Program-made: the position numbers and the translations under genes
Notes under the pieces: generated by a model
Databases searched by the model: none
The model's input: the letters and a program-made list of their open reading frames with translations, nothing else
What the model was told of the DNA's origin: nothing
Origin: Eledone cirrhosa
Taxonomy: Eukaryota
DNA length: 64,000 bases
Assembly (NCBI GenBank): GCA_964016885.1
Contig: OZ024752.1
Span: 4,464,001-4,528,000, forward strand
Reading direction: 5' to 3'
Shown: positions 1 through 14,343 of the stretch, in pieces
Numbering within the stretch: position 1 is the stretch's first letter
Layout: each line of letters starts with the position of its first letter

Positions 1-1212
1 CCCTGGATCCTCACAAAGATGACACAAAAGGCATAGAATATTCAACCCTGAAGGCACTGCTCCAGTATGACCTTGGCCAAAAGCAATAAAACAACCTAAA
101 GAATACATACATATATATACACATACATACATACATACATACATACATGCATGTATACATACCTAGATATATACATACATACATATGCTAACCCATGCTA
201 GCGTGGAAGATGGACGTTAAACGATGATGATGATGATGATATGCATATACATATATATACATACGTATATACATATATACATACATATACATATTGCTTA
301 CATACATATATACATGCATGCATATATACACACACATACACACATTTATAAATTTCCATAAATTCATATGTATAATGAACACAAATATCTATATTAATGT
401 ATTTATGTTTACCCAGATGCATTTGCATATTTACATGTAAATATATCTATGTACACACTTAAAGGCATGTTTATATATATATATTATATATATATAAATA
501 TCTATGTACACACATATAGGCACATACATACATGTGTATATATTATATATATATATAAATATCTATAAAAAAAAAAAAATTAAAAAGAAAATTATCTATG
601 TACACACATATAGACACATACATACATGTGTATATATATATTAATATATCCATGTACACACTTACATGCTAACACACACGTGTATGTACATTAATATATC
701 TATGTACACATATACATACCCACATACGGACCCACCTCCCCTCCCCTACACATGTATACATAGTCAGGCATGTCGTGTATACACACACAAACTAGTTTTT
801 GTTGTTTAGCACCATGATAGCTCTGTAATTCAAGGCATTCCAGCTGTGACCATTCCATTACTACATTGTTCAGTGTATCTTCCCATTTATATGAAGGTAG
901 TGTGTGATTTGGAGTGAGGAAATTAGGGTTGCTGTTTCTAGCAGGTTGAATGATTGCAGAGAAGGCTCCTCATTGGCTTAATGCAAACAAGTAAATAGAT
1001 ATTCTTGCTGGCTAAACATTCTCCATTCACTTTATTCATTAAACCCCCAGCTCACTGTCATATACAGTTCACACACTCACACATGCACACATATATATAT
1101 ATATATGCATATATATATACACACACACACATGCATATATATATATATATACACACACTCTAACATACAAATGTATGAACAATGTATAAATACGTGTGTG
1201 GAAGGAGGGTTA

Positions 1213-1253
<41 letters not shown>

Positions 1254-1683
1254 ATGCGTGTTTATAGTGTTCAGGAACCATTGAGAGAATTTGGCAAGCG
1301 GCAGAAAACTGAATGCCTCTTGGCATCATTGAAATTGTCTGCATGCCAAAATGGATGTTAAAACCAGGCTGCATTCAACACCGGATAAGCTGATCCTTAG
1401 TAAGGAAACAAAACAGGATTTTCACAGTTTACTATTATGGTAGTGAAAGCTTAGAGGAAGGAGAGAAAGGAGAGTAAGGGTGGAAGGGAGTGGTGGAGAA
1501 ATAGGGGGAGATGGATAGAGAAGTGTAGGGGATGGAGAGCAAGGTGGAAAGTAATATAAAGGGATAGAAGAGAGAAAAGGGAGAGATATGAGAAGCAGAG
1601 AAATTAGTTTTGAAATTGTGAATAAAGGGGATGAATGTTTGTATGTTTGTATATTTGTATGTATATCTTTATAAGTGTGTGTG

Positions 1684-1723
<40 letters not shown>

Positions 1724-2029
1724 CACACACACACATTTTTTTATATCTGTGTGTGAATATGCGTGTGTAAACACACGCACGTGCACACGCGCTCACTAAA
1801 GTAAATGTACATGTTTAGCCTTTTGTTCAATGCTATTGTATATTATATTTATAGAATTTTTTTAGCCAACATTGTATACAATAAAGAAATAAACACCTTG
1901 TCTTTAAATACAATATCTTCATGAAGAGGAAATGGTAAGCTGAAGTAAATTCAATCTTGTGTTGGAGTTTCATCTGCATCTATGTACCTCTTTGAATTAT
2001 CTGTAGATATATACTGTAGTACAGTTGGA

Positions 2030-2315
2030 CGGCACTCTGTCGGTTATCATAACAAGTGTTCCAGTTGATTCGAAATTAATGTGCTCATGAAATTAACGTG
2101 TAAGTGGCTGAGCATTCCATAGATACACGTACCCTTAACGTACTTCTCAGGGAGATTCAGCATGACACAAAATGTACAATTCATTTTTGCCAGCTCAGTG
2201 GATTGGAACAACGTGAAATAAAGTGTCTTGCTCAAGGACATGACACGCCATCAGGAATCAACTCTCCCTTATGATTGTAAGCCAAATACCCTAACCACAA
2301 AGACACATGCCTTCA
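2030..2315 (-). mobile_element. tRNA-derived CORE-like SINE, tail type 1
   Basis: A/B-box-like head plus gtccttgagcaagacactttatttcac core; tail ..ccctgagaagtacgttaagggtac.. Confidence 0.75.
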
Positions 2316-3521
2316 CCGTAATACAGTTAATGCACCAGTAATTCCCTTTTGTCTGTATCATCCTAATTATATCAGCTTTTCTATGATTGTATGGGTTGGC
2401 TGAGTCCTCTCCAAAACAATATCTTACTATTTGTTATGTTCAGGTTTCACAGATCAGCTTTATCTACTTTTTGCCTTCATCTTTTTTGGCCAGCCACATA
2501 TATGGCTTCCTTCCATCCAGAGCTCCTGGCACATCTTGGCCAACTGTCAATACAAGTCCATATCAGCACAGTTATCTCTCTTGTACACAACATCTGGCTT
2601 CTTTTATGTCCAGTTTTTTCCTCAACTCATCTGTGTTTTGTCATTCATATTTTCTAACATAACACATGCAGCAGAGAAGGCTTGCTTGCTTGCTTCCTTT
2701 ATTTCCAGCCATCATCTTTTGCAGTTGAGGCCCATTTTTGCTGGCATGCATCTTTACATTACATACACAAACATCATGCAATCTCCCTTTTGATAGAAGA
2801 GAGAACCCCTTTATTACTAATAGAAGTAAAAGCACTCTGATCTTTTGGATAGCCCAAATGGTGTTGAAGTTTATTGAAATTGATGAACCAATAGTAACTT
2901 AGTTACACACACCAATAAACTATATATAAAAATAATCAAGACTCTAGAGGGATTTAGTAAATATACTTTAGTTGTTGAAGTGACGTCTGATCGAGTATCC
3001 TATATGTTAGTGTGATATCGATGAATGTTACTGCTGTTTCTAGTAGGCCCAATGACATATGTTAGTGATATCAGTGGTTCCTACTGCTGTTTCCAACAGA
3101 CCCAGTGACATATGTTACATCCGTGGATGTAACTGCTATTTCTAGCAGGTCCAGTGATATATGTTAGTGTAATATCAGTGAATGTAACTGCTGTTTCTAG
3201 CAGATCCATTTACCATGTAGAGACTCCCTCACAGGCTTGAAAAGAGACTAGTGGGTGTAATTTTTTTTGTCAAAAAATAGTTCTTGTGAGCATTTGTTAT
3301 GTCTAGCTGAGTTGAGATGGAAGTCTATTACTCTTGAGTGTGTGTTTATCTTATGATTAAGTTTGGGGTGGTGTGTCTGGGTGTGTATTGTATTGTCAGA
3401 GCTGAGGTGAGTTAAGATTGAAACTCATTGAAGTATATCTGTCTCTATATGTATCTCTGTCTATGTATGTGTGTATATGTGCGTGTATGTGTGTATATTT
3501 GTGTGTGTAAGCATACATGCA

Positions 3522-3592
<71 letters not shown>

Positions 3593-3883
3593 ATGTAGGT
3601 GTGCTTGCATCTGTGTGTACATGCATGTCTTTCTGTGTGTGTGTGTGTCTGCTCTGTCTATGAGCATTTTGTCTGTGTGTAAGTGTATGAAATGTGTGGG
3701 CAAGGTAATAGTGGGGAGGGGTAGTGTTCATTTACAGCAGGGGGAGGGGAATAAGGGGTTAACATCTTGTCCTATTTCCTACTATAAGGGTTATTATAAG
3801 AGAAATGATAAAGAAGAAATAGTAGAAAGACAAGAATAGCAGAACAAAAGTCTTTTAGGTTCCCTTCTCTTTAGTTTTTGGTG

Positions 3884-4304
3884 GTTGTTATTGTTGTTGT
3901 TGGTTGTTATTGTTGTTGTTATTGTGTTGTTGTTGGTTGTTATAGTTGTTGTTATTGTGTTGTTGTTGGTTGTTATAGTTGTTGTTATTGTGTTGTTGTT
4001 GGTTGTTATAGTTGTTGTTATTGTGCTGTTGTTGGTTGTTATAGTTGTTGTTATTGTGTTGTTGTTGGTTGTTATAGTTGTTGTTATTGTGTTGTTGTTG
4101 GTTGTTATAGTTGTTGTTATTGTGTTGTTGTTGGTTGTTATAGTTGTTGTTATTGTGCTGTTGTTGGTTGTTATTGTTGTTGTTATTGTGTTGTTGTTGG
4201 TTGTTATTGTTGTTGTTATTGTGTTGTTGTTGGTTGTTATTGTTGTTGTTATTGTGTTGTTGTTGGTTGTTATAGTTGTTGTTATTGTGCTGTTGTTGGT
4301 TGTT
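3884..4304. repeat. 33-bp minisatellite derived from (TTG)n
   Basis: Unit gttgttggttgttatagttgttgttattgtgtt; gives an 11-aa period in the ORF track. Confidence 0.9.
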
Positions 4305-4413
4305 TTTATTAACATTGAAAATTCATTCAGCAGTTTTACCATCATCACAACATTAATAACAAATGTCATGGCAACCATCATGATCATCATCATCATCATT
4401 ACAATGACAGTGA

Positions 4414-5218
4414 CTACCACCACCTCCACCTTAACTACGCCCCCACCTTAACTACCACCGCCTCCACCTTAACTACCACCACCTCCACTTTAACTACCCC
4501 CCCCCCCCACTCGCCTTAACTACCACCACCTCCACCTTAACTACCACCACCTCCACCTTAACTACCCCCCACCACCCCCACCTCCACCTTAACTATCACC
4601 ACCCCCACCTTAGCTACCACCACCCCACCTTATCTACCACCACCTCCACCTTAACTACCACCACCCCACCTTAACTACCACCACCCCCACCTTAACTATC
4701 ACCACCTCCACCTTAACTATCACCACCCCCACCTTAACTACCACCACCCCACCTTAACTACCACCACCCCCACCTTAACTACCACCACCCCACCTTATCT
4801 ACCACCACCTCCACCTTATCTACCACCACCTCCACCTTATCTACCACCACCCCCACCTTAACTATCACCACCCCCACCTTAACTCCCACCACCTCCACCG
4901 CAACTACCACCACCTCCACCTTAACTCCCACCACCTCCACCTTAACTATCACCACCTCCACCTTAACTCCCATCACCCCACCTTAACTCCCACCACCTCC
5001 ACCTTAACTACCACCACCTCCACCTTAACTCCCACCACCTCCACCTTAACTCCCACCACCTCCACCGCAACTACCACCACCTCCACCTTAACTCCCACCA
5101 CCTCCACCTTAACTCCCATCACCTCCACCTTAACTACCACCACCTCCACCTTAACTCCCATCACCCCACCTTAACTCCCACCACCTCCACCACCACCACC
5201 TCCACCACAACTACCACC
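4414..5218. repeat. About 21-bp minisatellite ccaccttaactaccaccacct
   Basis: Direct tandem units. Confidence 0.9.
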
Positions 5219-5660
5219 ATAATGGTGGTAATAGCAGTGGTGGTGATATCAGTATTCCTGGTAGTGGTAGTAGTAGTAGCAGCAGCAGCAGCAGTCTTGG
5301 TAATGCAAGTAGTTGTATTATTATTATTATTAGTAGTAGTAGTAGTAGTCATGTTAATGCAAGTAGTTGTAGTATTAGTAGTAGTTGTTATTGTTGAATA
5401 CTCTGGTCATTTCTGCTGGGCACGGAATTTTTTTTATATATATTACCTAATTCCCAAGGGTTTTAATGCATTTATTTATTTTCTATTCAATTATATATGT
5501 ATTACATTTATGTATTTGTATTGTACTTGACATAGAATTGTGTGTTGAACCAGATATTGTTATAATTGGGTAGGGTCATTTTGCCAATAAAAACATATGC
5601 ATTATTCAATTTTCACTTATTTATTTATGTATTCATTTATTTAATTTAAACGTTCATATA

Positions 5661-5968
5661 GAGGTGAAGGCTCAGGGGCTTAGTGGTTAGAGAGGTGGAT
5701 TTTGCAATTGTGAGGTTGTAAGTTCAATTCTTGGTCAGGGTGATGCGTTGTATCCTTGAGCAAGACACTTTGTTTCACATTGATATTTCTCCCAGGAATT
5801 GCGATGGTAGATAGTATTGGCAATGGAAACATTGTTCCTTGGTCCGAATTGATGAGGTCCACCCCACTCCACAAGCAAATGAGGCTTGGCCTCTTGTCAA
5901 TCATTCCTCTCCATAGAGCTAGTAAACCATGACAGACTAGGGGAAGTACTGAGTACTCCTTACAGTTG
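5661..5968 (+). mobile_element. CORE-like SINE, tail type 2
   Basis: ggcttagtggttagag..gttcaattc head plus core; body shared with 11238-11500. Confidence 0.7.
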
Positions 5969-6277
5969 GTAATCAAAAAGAGGTAATGAGACAAGTAATG
6001 AGAAAAAAAAAATAAAAAAAAGAGGAAAAAAAGATAAAATAAAATAAGAATAAAATGTCCAATATTGAAGGAGGCCAGTGGGAGGCAGATTATGGATGAG
6101 AAAACGAAGAACAAAAAGCAAAGAAGAGAAGCTGTAAAAGAGCTAGAAGTTTCTCTTGTTGAATATTTTCGTAGCTTCCATGTACGTGGACGACTGGTCT
6201 AACCCATGCAAGCATGGAAAAATGGTGCTAAACGGTGATGATATATATATATCATCTTTATGTCGGCCGCGGATGGC

Positions 6278-6560
6278 TAACATAACAACATCCAGTCCTA
6301 AATAAATGGGGTCGTGTAGGTGTCACAACAAAAAAAAACACACAGTCCACGCTGTAATGTGGCCGTGTAGGTAACACGGTAAAAACCTCCCAGTCCACAC
6401 TGTAAACGTGGTTGGGGTTAGGAAGGGCATCCAGCCGTAGAAAACCCGCCAGACAGTCCTATACGAGCAAGACAACCAATCTTGCCTCAAGTGGGACAAT
6501 TCCCGTCCAAACCCATGCAAGCGTGGAAGATGGACGTTAAACAATGATGATGATGATGAT

Positions 6561-6598
<38 letters not shown>

Positions 6599-6838
6599 CA
6601 TCATCATCACCATTTAATCAACTGGTTACATCTACTACCCAAGTTGGCCACAAGGATTTAAACACTGAATTATCATCATCATCATCATCATCAGGTTTAG
6701 CGTCCGTGTTCCACGCTTGCATGGGTTTGGATGGGGGTTTTCCCACTTGAGGCAAGAGTAGTTGTCTTGCTCGCATAGGACTGTCTGGCGGGTTTTCTAC
6801 AGTTGGATGCCCTTCCTAACACCAACCACATTTACAGT
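6278..6838. mobile_element. Two RTE family A 3' UTR fragments, tail-to-tail (+ 6278-6561; - 6672-6838)
   Basis: Both match the 34170-34397 UTR. Confidence 0.8.
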
Positions 6839-7623
6839 GTATATATATATATATGCACACACAAACCAGTGCACTCCCATACATACATACATACATGTGG
6901 GTATGTGTGTATGTATGTGTATACACACACACACACACACACATAATTGTTTCTACTTTCGACACAAGGCCAGCAATTACCCAGTATATTACTGGTACTT
7001 ATTTTATCGACCTCGTAAGGATGAAAGGCAAGAGAGAGATGTGTGAATATATTATCAACTTACATCCATTTTTCCAAGCTACCATATATACGCACACACA
7101 CACATATATACAGACACACACACATGCATTACATATATGTGGGTTTTTAACTGATAAATATGGAGTCACTCATGCACACAGATATAATTATATACGTACG
7201 TACATATATACATACATGCATGCCTGCATACATATGTATATATCTATATCTATAGCCATGTACATACATATGTACTCATGTTTACACAAGATAACTTGAA
7301 ATAGGATTATTTGCGTAAGAAATTACACCATACTAAATATTAAAACAGATCTTTAAAAAGAAGCAATGAGAGTAACTTATTCCTTTGATATGGAAGTCCT
7401 CATCTCTGTATGCGTGTCTGTGTTTACATATGAACATCTAGAACAAAAGCATGGCCATGTTGTTAAGATGTTTCCTTCAGATTCCAGTAGTTCTGGGTTC
7501 AGGTTCTTTGTATGATACTTTGAGTAAATATCTTCTACTCTAATCTCAGGTGTCTTTATATTGTTATTAGTTGCTGTGCAACAGCGATATAGTGTTAATG
7601 CGTGAGTGTGTGTCCATGAAACA

Positions 7624-7687
<64 letters not shown>

Positions 7688-7895
7688 CACACACCAGTTC
7701 CAAACACAAAGAAACCACCACTCCACTGTCACTCCCTCCATCTCACTATTATGAGCAAATGGGGTCCCCAACGCACTGGCTGCGTTGTCCAATATCTTGT
7801 GAGTAGAATTTGATTAACAAAAACTGTGCTGAAACCTGCCAAAAAAATATGTGCTTGTGTTTTTGTGTTTGTTTGTTTGCTTGTATGTGTCTTTT

Positions 7896-8905
7896 TGTGA
7901 TAGTTTGTGACTGAGATATAGAAACTCTGTAACTTGAGCAATTTGCTGGCTGTAGATTGTAAGTTGGAGATTGGCATTGATTTTATCAGTTGTCATACAT
8001 TTTGTTTTGGAGATGTTGATGTGTAAGCCAGCCTCCAGTGAATGTTTGGCCAGTACATTCAGAAAGTGTTGCAGATAAGTTTTAGAGTAACTCATGATGG
8101 CCAGATCGTCTGTATAGCTAAGATTTGATAGGATTTTACCTCCTATTTGATAGCCAGAGGAGCATTCTTCTTCAGTTTGGTAAATAAGTGCAGCTATAAC
8201 TATACAGAAAAGAAGTGGTGATAGTACATCCCACTGCTTAACTCCCTTCAAGATGTCTACATAGCGTTTAGTTCCCAAGTCTGTTTTGATATATCTATTA
8301 AGTTGGTATAAGTTTCTTTCAATAGGTTGATGTATACAACAATGGAATGTTTGTTGCACAGTAGCTCATCGCTCTAGGTTGGGTAGCCTTCAACAAGAAC
8401 AAGGAAGTACTAACATCAAAACGAGTTTCCTATCATTTGAAGGCTAAGATCTTTCATACTTACATCCTACCAGTTGTGTTATATGGTCTTAACTGTGTTA
8501 ATTGGACGACAAGGTCACTTCAGAAGCTCTCTACATTCCAGAACCACATCATGAGACTTATGACTGGCAAGCAGCTCAGCGACCGTATCTGTATCAGTGA
8601 GTTGCTCAACATTACCAAACTTAGACCAATTACATTAATTGTCAAGTCAAGAGTACTCAAACTATACGGCCATATAAAAAGATCAACTCGTGGTGTGAGT
8701 AGGTTATGCCTGGAAGGAAGGTTGACTGGTAAGAGAAGCAGAGGCCGGCAGCCAAAACGATGGCTTGACAATATCAACTTATGGACTGGACTTGATCTTT
8801 GCTCTTTGAACTCTGCTGCTGGTGATCGAACTTTGTGGAGAGAGATATCACATGTTAATGCGCAGTCTGCAACTGGCGGAGTTTAGCATCACAAGAAGAA
8901 GAGAG
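7896..8905. mobile_element. RTE-clade LINE, 5'-inverted insertion (RT part on -, C-terminal part on +), 11-bp TSD
   Basis: - ORF 7814..8359 has GVKQWDVLSPLLF, YTDD, KTKCM. + ORF 8437..8886 has LPVVLYG, GHIKR, GRQPKRW. TSD atgtgtctttt at 7885-7895 and 8906-8916. Confidence 0.88.
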
Positions 8906-9333
8906 ATGTGTCTTTTATTAATGTGCAGGGTGTATCAAAATGAATCATCCGATATACATACATATATATATCAACATCATTAACATCTATTTTTCTATGC
9001 TTGCAAGTTCAATTCCATTGTGTGGCACCAGAAGACAAGTGTTTTCTGTAATAGTCTCGGGTTGACCTATGTGAATGAAAATAGTCAAAGTCTGTGGAAG
9101 CTCATCAGATTTGTAGCTGGGTTTAACACTGCCATATGGCACTATTTTATCTCTTATTTTCTGTGGGCTTCTTAGACAGGTAGAAGAGAATATGAAAAAT
9201 ATACTTAAACAAGATACCTGGCCAGAACGCTTGAGAATGGAGTCTACTAAAGACTTAACACCATGTACTGCATAAAATTACATTGAGATATTCTTGAAAA
9301 GTACAAAACTGCACTATGATTGCATCACATTAA

Positions 9334-9554
9334 CCCTTTAGCATTTAAACCGGCCATATCTGACCAGAATTCTTTCACCTTCTTCTGTTCAAACTGGCTG
9401 TAACTGGCTGTATCTACTGATGTTAAGGTATTGTACTCAAAATAAATAACATCAAAATCTCATAGATTCAATATTATGAGAGATAAGTATGTAAGGTAAA
9501 GCTTTTACCGTGAAAATACAATAGTAAATATAGAGTAATGTAAATACTAAAGGG
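9334..9554 (+). mobile_element. piggyBac-like MITE
   Basis: TTAA-ccctttagcattta ... taaatactaaaggg-TTAA. Confidence 0.8.
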
Positions 9555-10651
9555 TTAAACATTAATGCTTTCACTCTAATAACACAAATTTTGACAATGA
9601 TCTGTTTTCAAATCAAGATACTATAAACATTTGAATTAACAATACTGTTTTCAGATAGTTTCTGCTAAATCAACATTACTGGATGCAGATGAAAAGATAT
9701 AAAGAAATCCAGGAAATATATAGGAAAATAAAAATATTTATGACATACCAATAATAATTGTTTCTACCAATAATAATAATGTTAAATAATATTGATGTAT
9801 TTTTTAAAACTTTGTCTTCTAAAATTATCATATAATGATAATAATAATCTGGGTTTTTTAATTAATCTATTTTTTTTTATCATTTTACTATTCTAAAGTG
9901 TTATTATCATAGAACTTGTTTACATAGTATCATTAAAATACTCAAGTCAGCAGTTATTTTTTTTATTATCATTATTATTTTTTTTACTTTTATTTATTTA
10001 TTTTTAGATTCTATTATTTATTTTAGATTTTAATTTTTTAATTTTAATTTTATTTTATAAGTTTGAGTCATAAAATGATATTAATTTTATGATCAATAAT
10101 TTAAAAATCACTCCATAACTTATATAAATAGATTTTTAAAAAATTTAATTTATGTTTACAACTAATATGAACATTAAGATCACCTAAAATATTTTTCATG
10201 TCCATATTTCTCACAACAATACACACTGTTTATGTGTTTAAATTAAATTAAATTAAATTAATTTTTTTTTTAATGAAGAATGTGGATTCTAGTGAAATAA
10301 CTATTTTCTTTTCTTCTACATTTATTGGTAAAATAAACTAGCATTTTGGAACCATACTTTGACAAAAGATAGCTGTTTACCTGTTGAAAATCTTCATGCT
10401 ATTATTATTCATATAATAATAATAAAATCTTTATTGAATTTTTAGATTTGTTCTTCCTTTATTCAAATTCTAATATCAACACTGCAGAAGAATTGGTAAC
10501 ATAACACTAGATTAGTCTCAGTTAGGCAGTTTTACGAGAAAGCTATTTATTGAGACAGAAACTAAACCAGTCAAAATTTATTCATTGCAACAAACATTTC
10601 AGTTGTAATATAATAGTCTAACTTCTTCTAGCTACAACATTTTTGTTTTAA

Positions 10652-11073
10652 CCCTTTAGCATTTACATTACTTGGTAGAACCTGAAAAATGCTGCACTTT
10701 TTTGCACATTGCCAATGTGGTTGGAGTTAGAAAGGGCATCTAACTGTAAAAATCCCAGCCCTAATACAGTTCCGTTTGAGCAGGGTACAGCATGGCCAAC
10801 CCACCAGACTTGTATCATAACGTGAACGACCTGTCTAATCCATGCAAGCATGGAAAAATAGACATTAAACAGTGATGATGATTACTCTATATATACTATT
10901 ATATTTTCGTTGTAAATGCTTTATCTCACATAATATCGAATCTATGAGATTTTGATATTATTTATTTTGAGAACAATACCTTAACATCAGTATGAGTAGC
11001 AAGTTAAGGCTGGTTTGAACAGAAGGAGGTGAGAGAATTCTAGCAGGATATGGCTGGTTTAAATAATAAAGGG
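10652..11073 (-). mobile_element. piggyBac-like MITE interrupted by a SINE 3' fragment
   Basis: TTAA-ccctttagc ... aaaggg-TTAA; insert at about 10672-10880. Confidence 0.75.
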
Positions 11074-11237
11074 TTAACCTTTGGTAGTCATATTTAAAAT
11101 GCAATAAACCACCAATATTGAAAATTATTCGCACTTTTGATATCAAACAGCTTAAAACTAGCTATTGTTCTGATAAAAAGTTGTATTATAAAATGTCTAT
11201 ACTTATTTAAAAACCTCCCTTTATAATTTTATGTAAA

Positions 11238-11500
11238 TGCATGTGGCTTAGTGGTTAGAGAATTGGATTTGCAATTGTGAAGTTGTGAGTTTGATTCCCA
11301 GAGCAGCCAATGCATTATGTCCTTGAGCAAGACACTTTATTTCATGTTGCTCCTTCTGCAAGAAGTTGCGACTGATAGATAGTATCGGCAATGGAAAGAC
11401 TAATGGAAACATTGCTTCCTTGGTTCAATTTGATGAATTCCACCCCACTCACTAAACAAATGAGATCTAGGAATGTATCAATTGACTCCCCACCCCATAA
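11238..11500 (+). mobile_element. CORE-like SINE, tail type 2
   Basis: Similar to 5661-5968. Confidence 0.7.
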
Positions 11501-11958
11501 TTTGATGTAAGAACTAAGTAGTGTTTTATCACTTGATGCCCTTGCTTTCACTAACTCTTATTAGTTACAGCTTATAGTACACAATGTACCTATTTATTAA
11601 AACTTGGGTTTCTGGAGGATTTTTAAGAAATAATCTAAAATTAGGAAAGATTTAGAAAAATAACTTTAATATTATTATTTCTTAATGACTCTAATGAGAA
11701 CACCACCAATATGTTTCAATTAATTTTTAATTGAAGTGGTTTTAAAAAGAAATTTTGTAACTTTATATATTAGTATATTATGGCTGGTGTTAATATCGTT
11801 CACATTGTAATGAGATTTTGATTGAGATATTTAGATATGACCAGTTTATTACAGGAAGTCACATGCAGGCTGGTTATCCTTTTAAAAAAGTGTTCTTTTA
11901 AATATATGTCTGAAGAAAGACTATAGCGCAAGGTTAAATTAAATAAGAACGTTTTTAA

Positions 11959-12153
11959 CTCTTTAGCACTTAAACCGGCCGTATCCAACCAGAATTCTCT
12001 CACCGTTCAAACCGGCCTTAATTTGCTACTCATACTGATGTTAAGGTATTGTTCTCAAAATAAATAACATCAAAATCTTGTAGCTTTGATATTATGGGAG
12101 ATAAAGCCTTTGCCAGGAAAATACAATAGTATGTATAAAGTAAAGCTAAAGGA
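11959..12153 (+). mobile_element. piggyBac-like MITE
   Basis: Same family, TTAA flanks. Confidence 0.75.
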
Positions 12154-12747
12154 TTAAATAAGGGTTTGGATTATAAAAGCAGGGATGATCACAGACTGGC
12201 TGATTATATATATTAAAAGGGATAGACTATTTTATATTCATTTAAAAGAAAAAAAATTATTGCTCAAGTTTGCAGGGGTAGAATTATTTATTTGTTGAAG
12301 GTACTGTTTATTTGTTGGGTGCCCTACTTATTGCTAACCCCTGAACCATAAAGTAGGTTTGTGGAACTTGTTTTGGGATTAGTCAGAAGTACAAGGGTCA
12401 ACAAAATTAGGTGTAGCCATGAGGTCAATAGGCTTGTCCTATTTCACAACTATTTTATTTTGTCAGGTATTGTTCGCGCATCACCATCATTTTATGTCCA
12501 TTTTATATGTGAGCACATGTGAAGATATTTGTACATGGTGTGTACATGGTGTGTACATGGTGTGTGTGTGCAAGTTTGTTTTTGTCTGCATATGTATGTG
12601 TAACTGTACATGGTGTGTACATGGTGTGTACATGGTGTGTGTGTGCAAGTTTGTTTTTGTCTGCATATGTATGTGTAACTGTACATGGTGTGTGTGTGTC
12701 TGAATGTAATGACATAGCATGAATAGGAATATGAAAGAAATTAATAA

Positions 12748-13369
12748 TGGTTTCTACTTTCGGCACAACGCCAGCAATTACCCAGTACATTACTGGTACT
12801 TTATTTTATCGACCTCATAAGGATGAAAGGCAAAGTTAACCTTGGCGGGATTTGAACTCAGATCGTAAAGGGACGTAACTCTATGCTGGAAAGCATGTCC
12901 AACCCTCTACCAACTCTGCCAATCCATCGCCCTTTGGAAAGAAATTAATAATGGTTTCTGATTTAGGCAGAAGGCCAACAATTTGGGGTGAGGGGAGAGG
13001 AAGGTTGATAAAATTGACACCAGTGCACTACTGGTATTTTATTTTATTAACCCCATAAGGATGAAAGGCAATTGATAATGATTCCTAGTATAGGCACAAT
13101 TTGGGGGGAGGGGAAAGTCGGTTAAATCGACCCCAGTGTGTGACTGGTACTTTATTTTATCGACCCTGAAAGGATGAAAGGCAAAGCTAACCTCGGTGGG
13201 ATTTCAACTCAGAACGTAAAGGGACGTAACTCTATGCTGCAAAGCATGTTGTCTGATGCTCTGCCAATCCACCACTCTTATATAATAATTGTTTCTATTT
13301 TTGGCACAAGGCCAGAAATTACCCAGTGTATTACTGGTACTTTATTTTATCGACCCTGTAAGGATGAAG
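12748..13369 (-). mobile_element. Stack of four Meta-like tRNA SINEs
   Basis: Repeated tggtactttattttatcgacc..aaggatgaaaggcaa. First copy has TSD gaaagaaattaataa (12733-12747 / 12937-12951). Confidence 0.85.
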
Positions 13370-14161
13370 GGAAAAAGAAAAGTGTCTGTCTTCAGTCCTT
13401 TTAACCTGGTCCACCATATAACCTCTTTCGCTACTGCCATCAGACAGAGGAAAATTTCCTGCTCTTCCTGACCTAAGGAAGGCGGCGGGTTGATCTTCAC
13501 TATGGATTCGGCCGATAGCCGGATTTGTTCCACACGCGACAGTAGCTGTTCGACATAACTCCACAAGTCAGTAATGTACGGACATTGGACAAGTGCGTGC
13601 AGAACGGTTTCGTCGTTCTGTGCGCATCTTGGGCAGGTCTGTCTGACACGACTTCCGTGCCTGTAGAGTTTATCCTGAACCGGCAGTGCCCCCCGGTAGC
13701 ACTGCCAAGCGAGGGATTTCTGGAAATTGTCCATCGTCCTCGGCTCGAAAGTCCTCTGGTACAGACTGGTCAGTTCGACTTCGTCGAGGCCCAAAGCTTC
13801 TCCGAGTGCATCATCGCACTTGCCCACCACTAATCCTCTATAGAACTCGAGAGTGGAAGTTCCACTGATCGCATTGCCCGCTTGGTAGAGGGCAGTGAGT
13901 GCTTGGCAACATTCCAGGTGCCAGTCACCCAGTCTCGGTCTCTTCTTGACCCAGGACTGCAGCTCAGTCAAAGAAATGAGCTGCGGAAAGGCCCATCTGA
14001 TAAACGGCGACCACACCTGTTCACCATTGTGGCAGAATATCTGGAGATGTCGCAGCCTCAACGCATGTCTACGCATCATTAACCACGGCATGCCCAGCCC
14101 TCCATGTAGAGGGTGCTGGCAGCAGATGGACTGCCTCACCAACGGAACTTGTCCCCTCCAC
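13370..14161 (-). pseudogene. Tx1-like ORF2 C-terminal fragment (related subfamily)
   Basis: ORF 13342..14205 aligns by eye to the C-terminus of the 22760-26197 ORF2 (PLVRQSICCQHP..GGLGMPWLM, CPRC..ETVLHALVQC). Both ends are fused to SINE sequence. Confidence 0.9.
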
Positions 14162-14343
14162 ATTGGCAGTATCTGTAGAGGGTCAGACGCCATGTTTTGA
14201 CACATAGAGTTACGGTCCTTGCCATTCTGAGTTCAAATCCCACCGAGGTTTACTTTGCCTTTCATCCTTACGGGGTCGATAAAATAAAGTACCTGTAATG
14301 CACTGGGTAATTGCTGGCCTTGTGCCAAAAAGTAGAAAAAATT
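14162..14343 (+). mobile_element. Meta-like SINE
   Basis: B-box gagttcaaatccc, tttgcctttcatccttacggggtcgataaaataaagtacc, tail ggccttgtgccaaaa. Confidence 0.85.

Noticed and set aside
3794-5530. Thr/Asn and Val/Lys repeat ORFs
   Set aside because: Minisatellites open in several frames on both strands.
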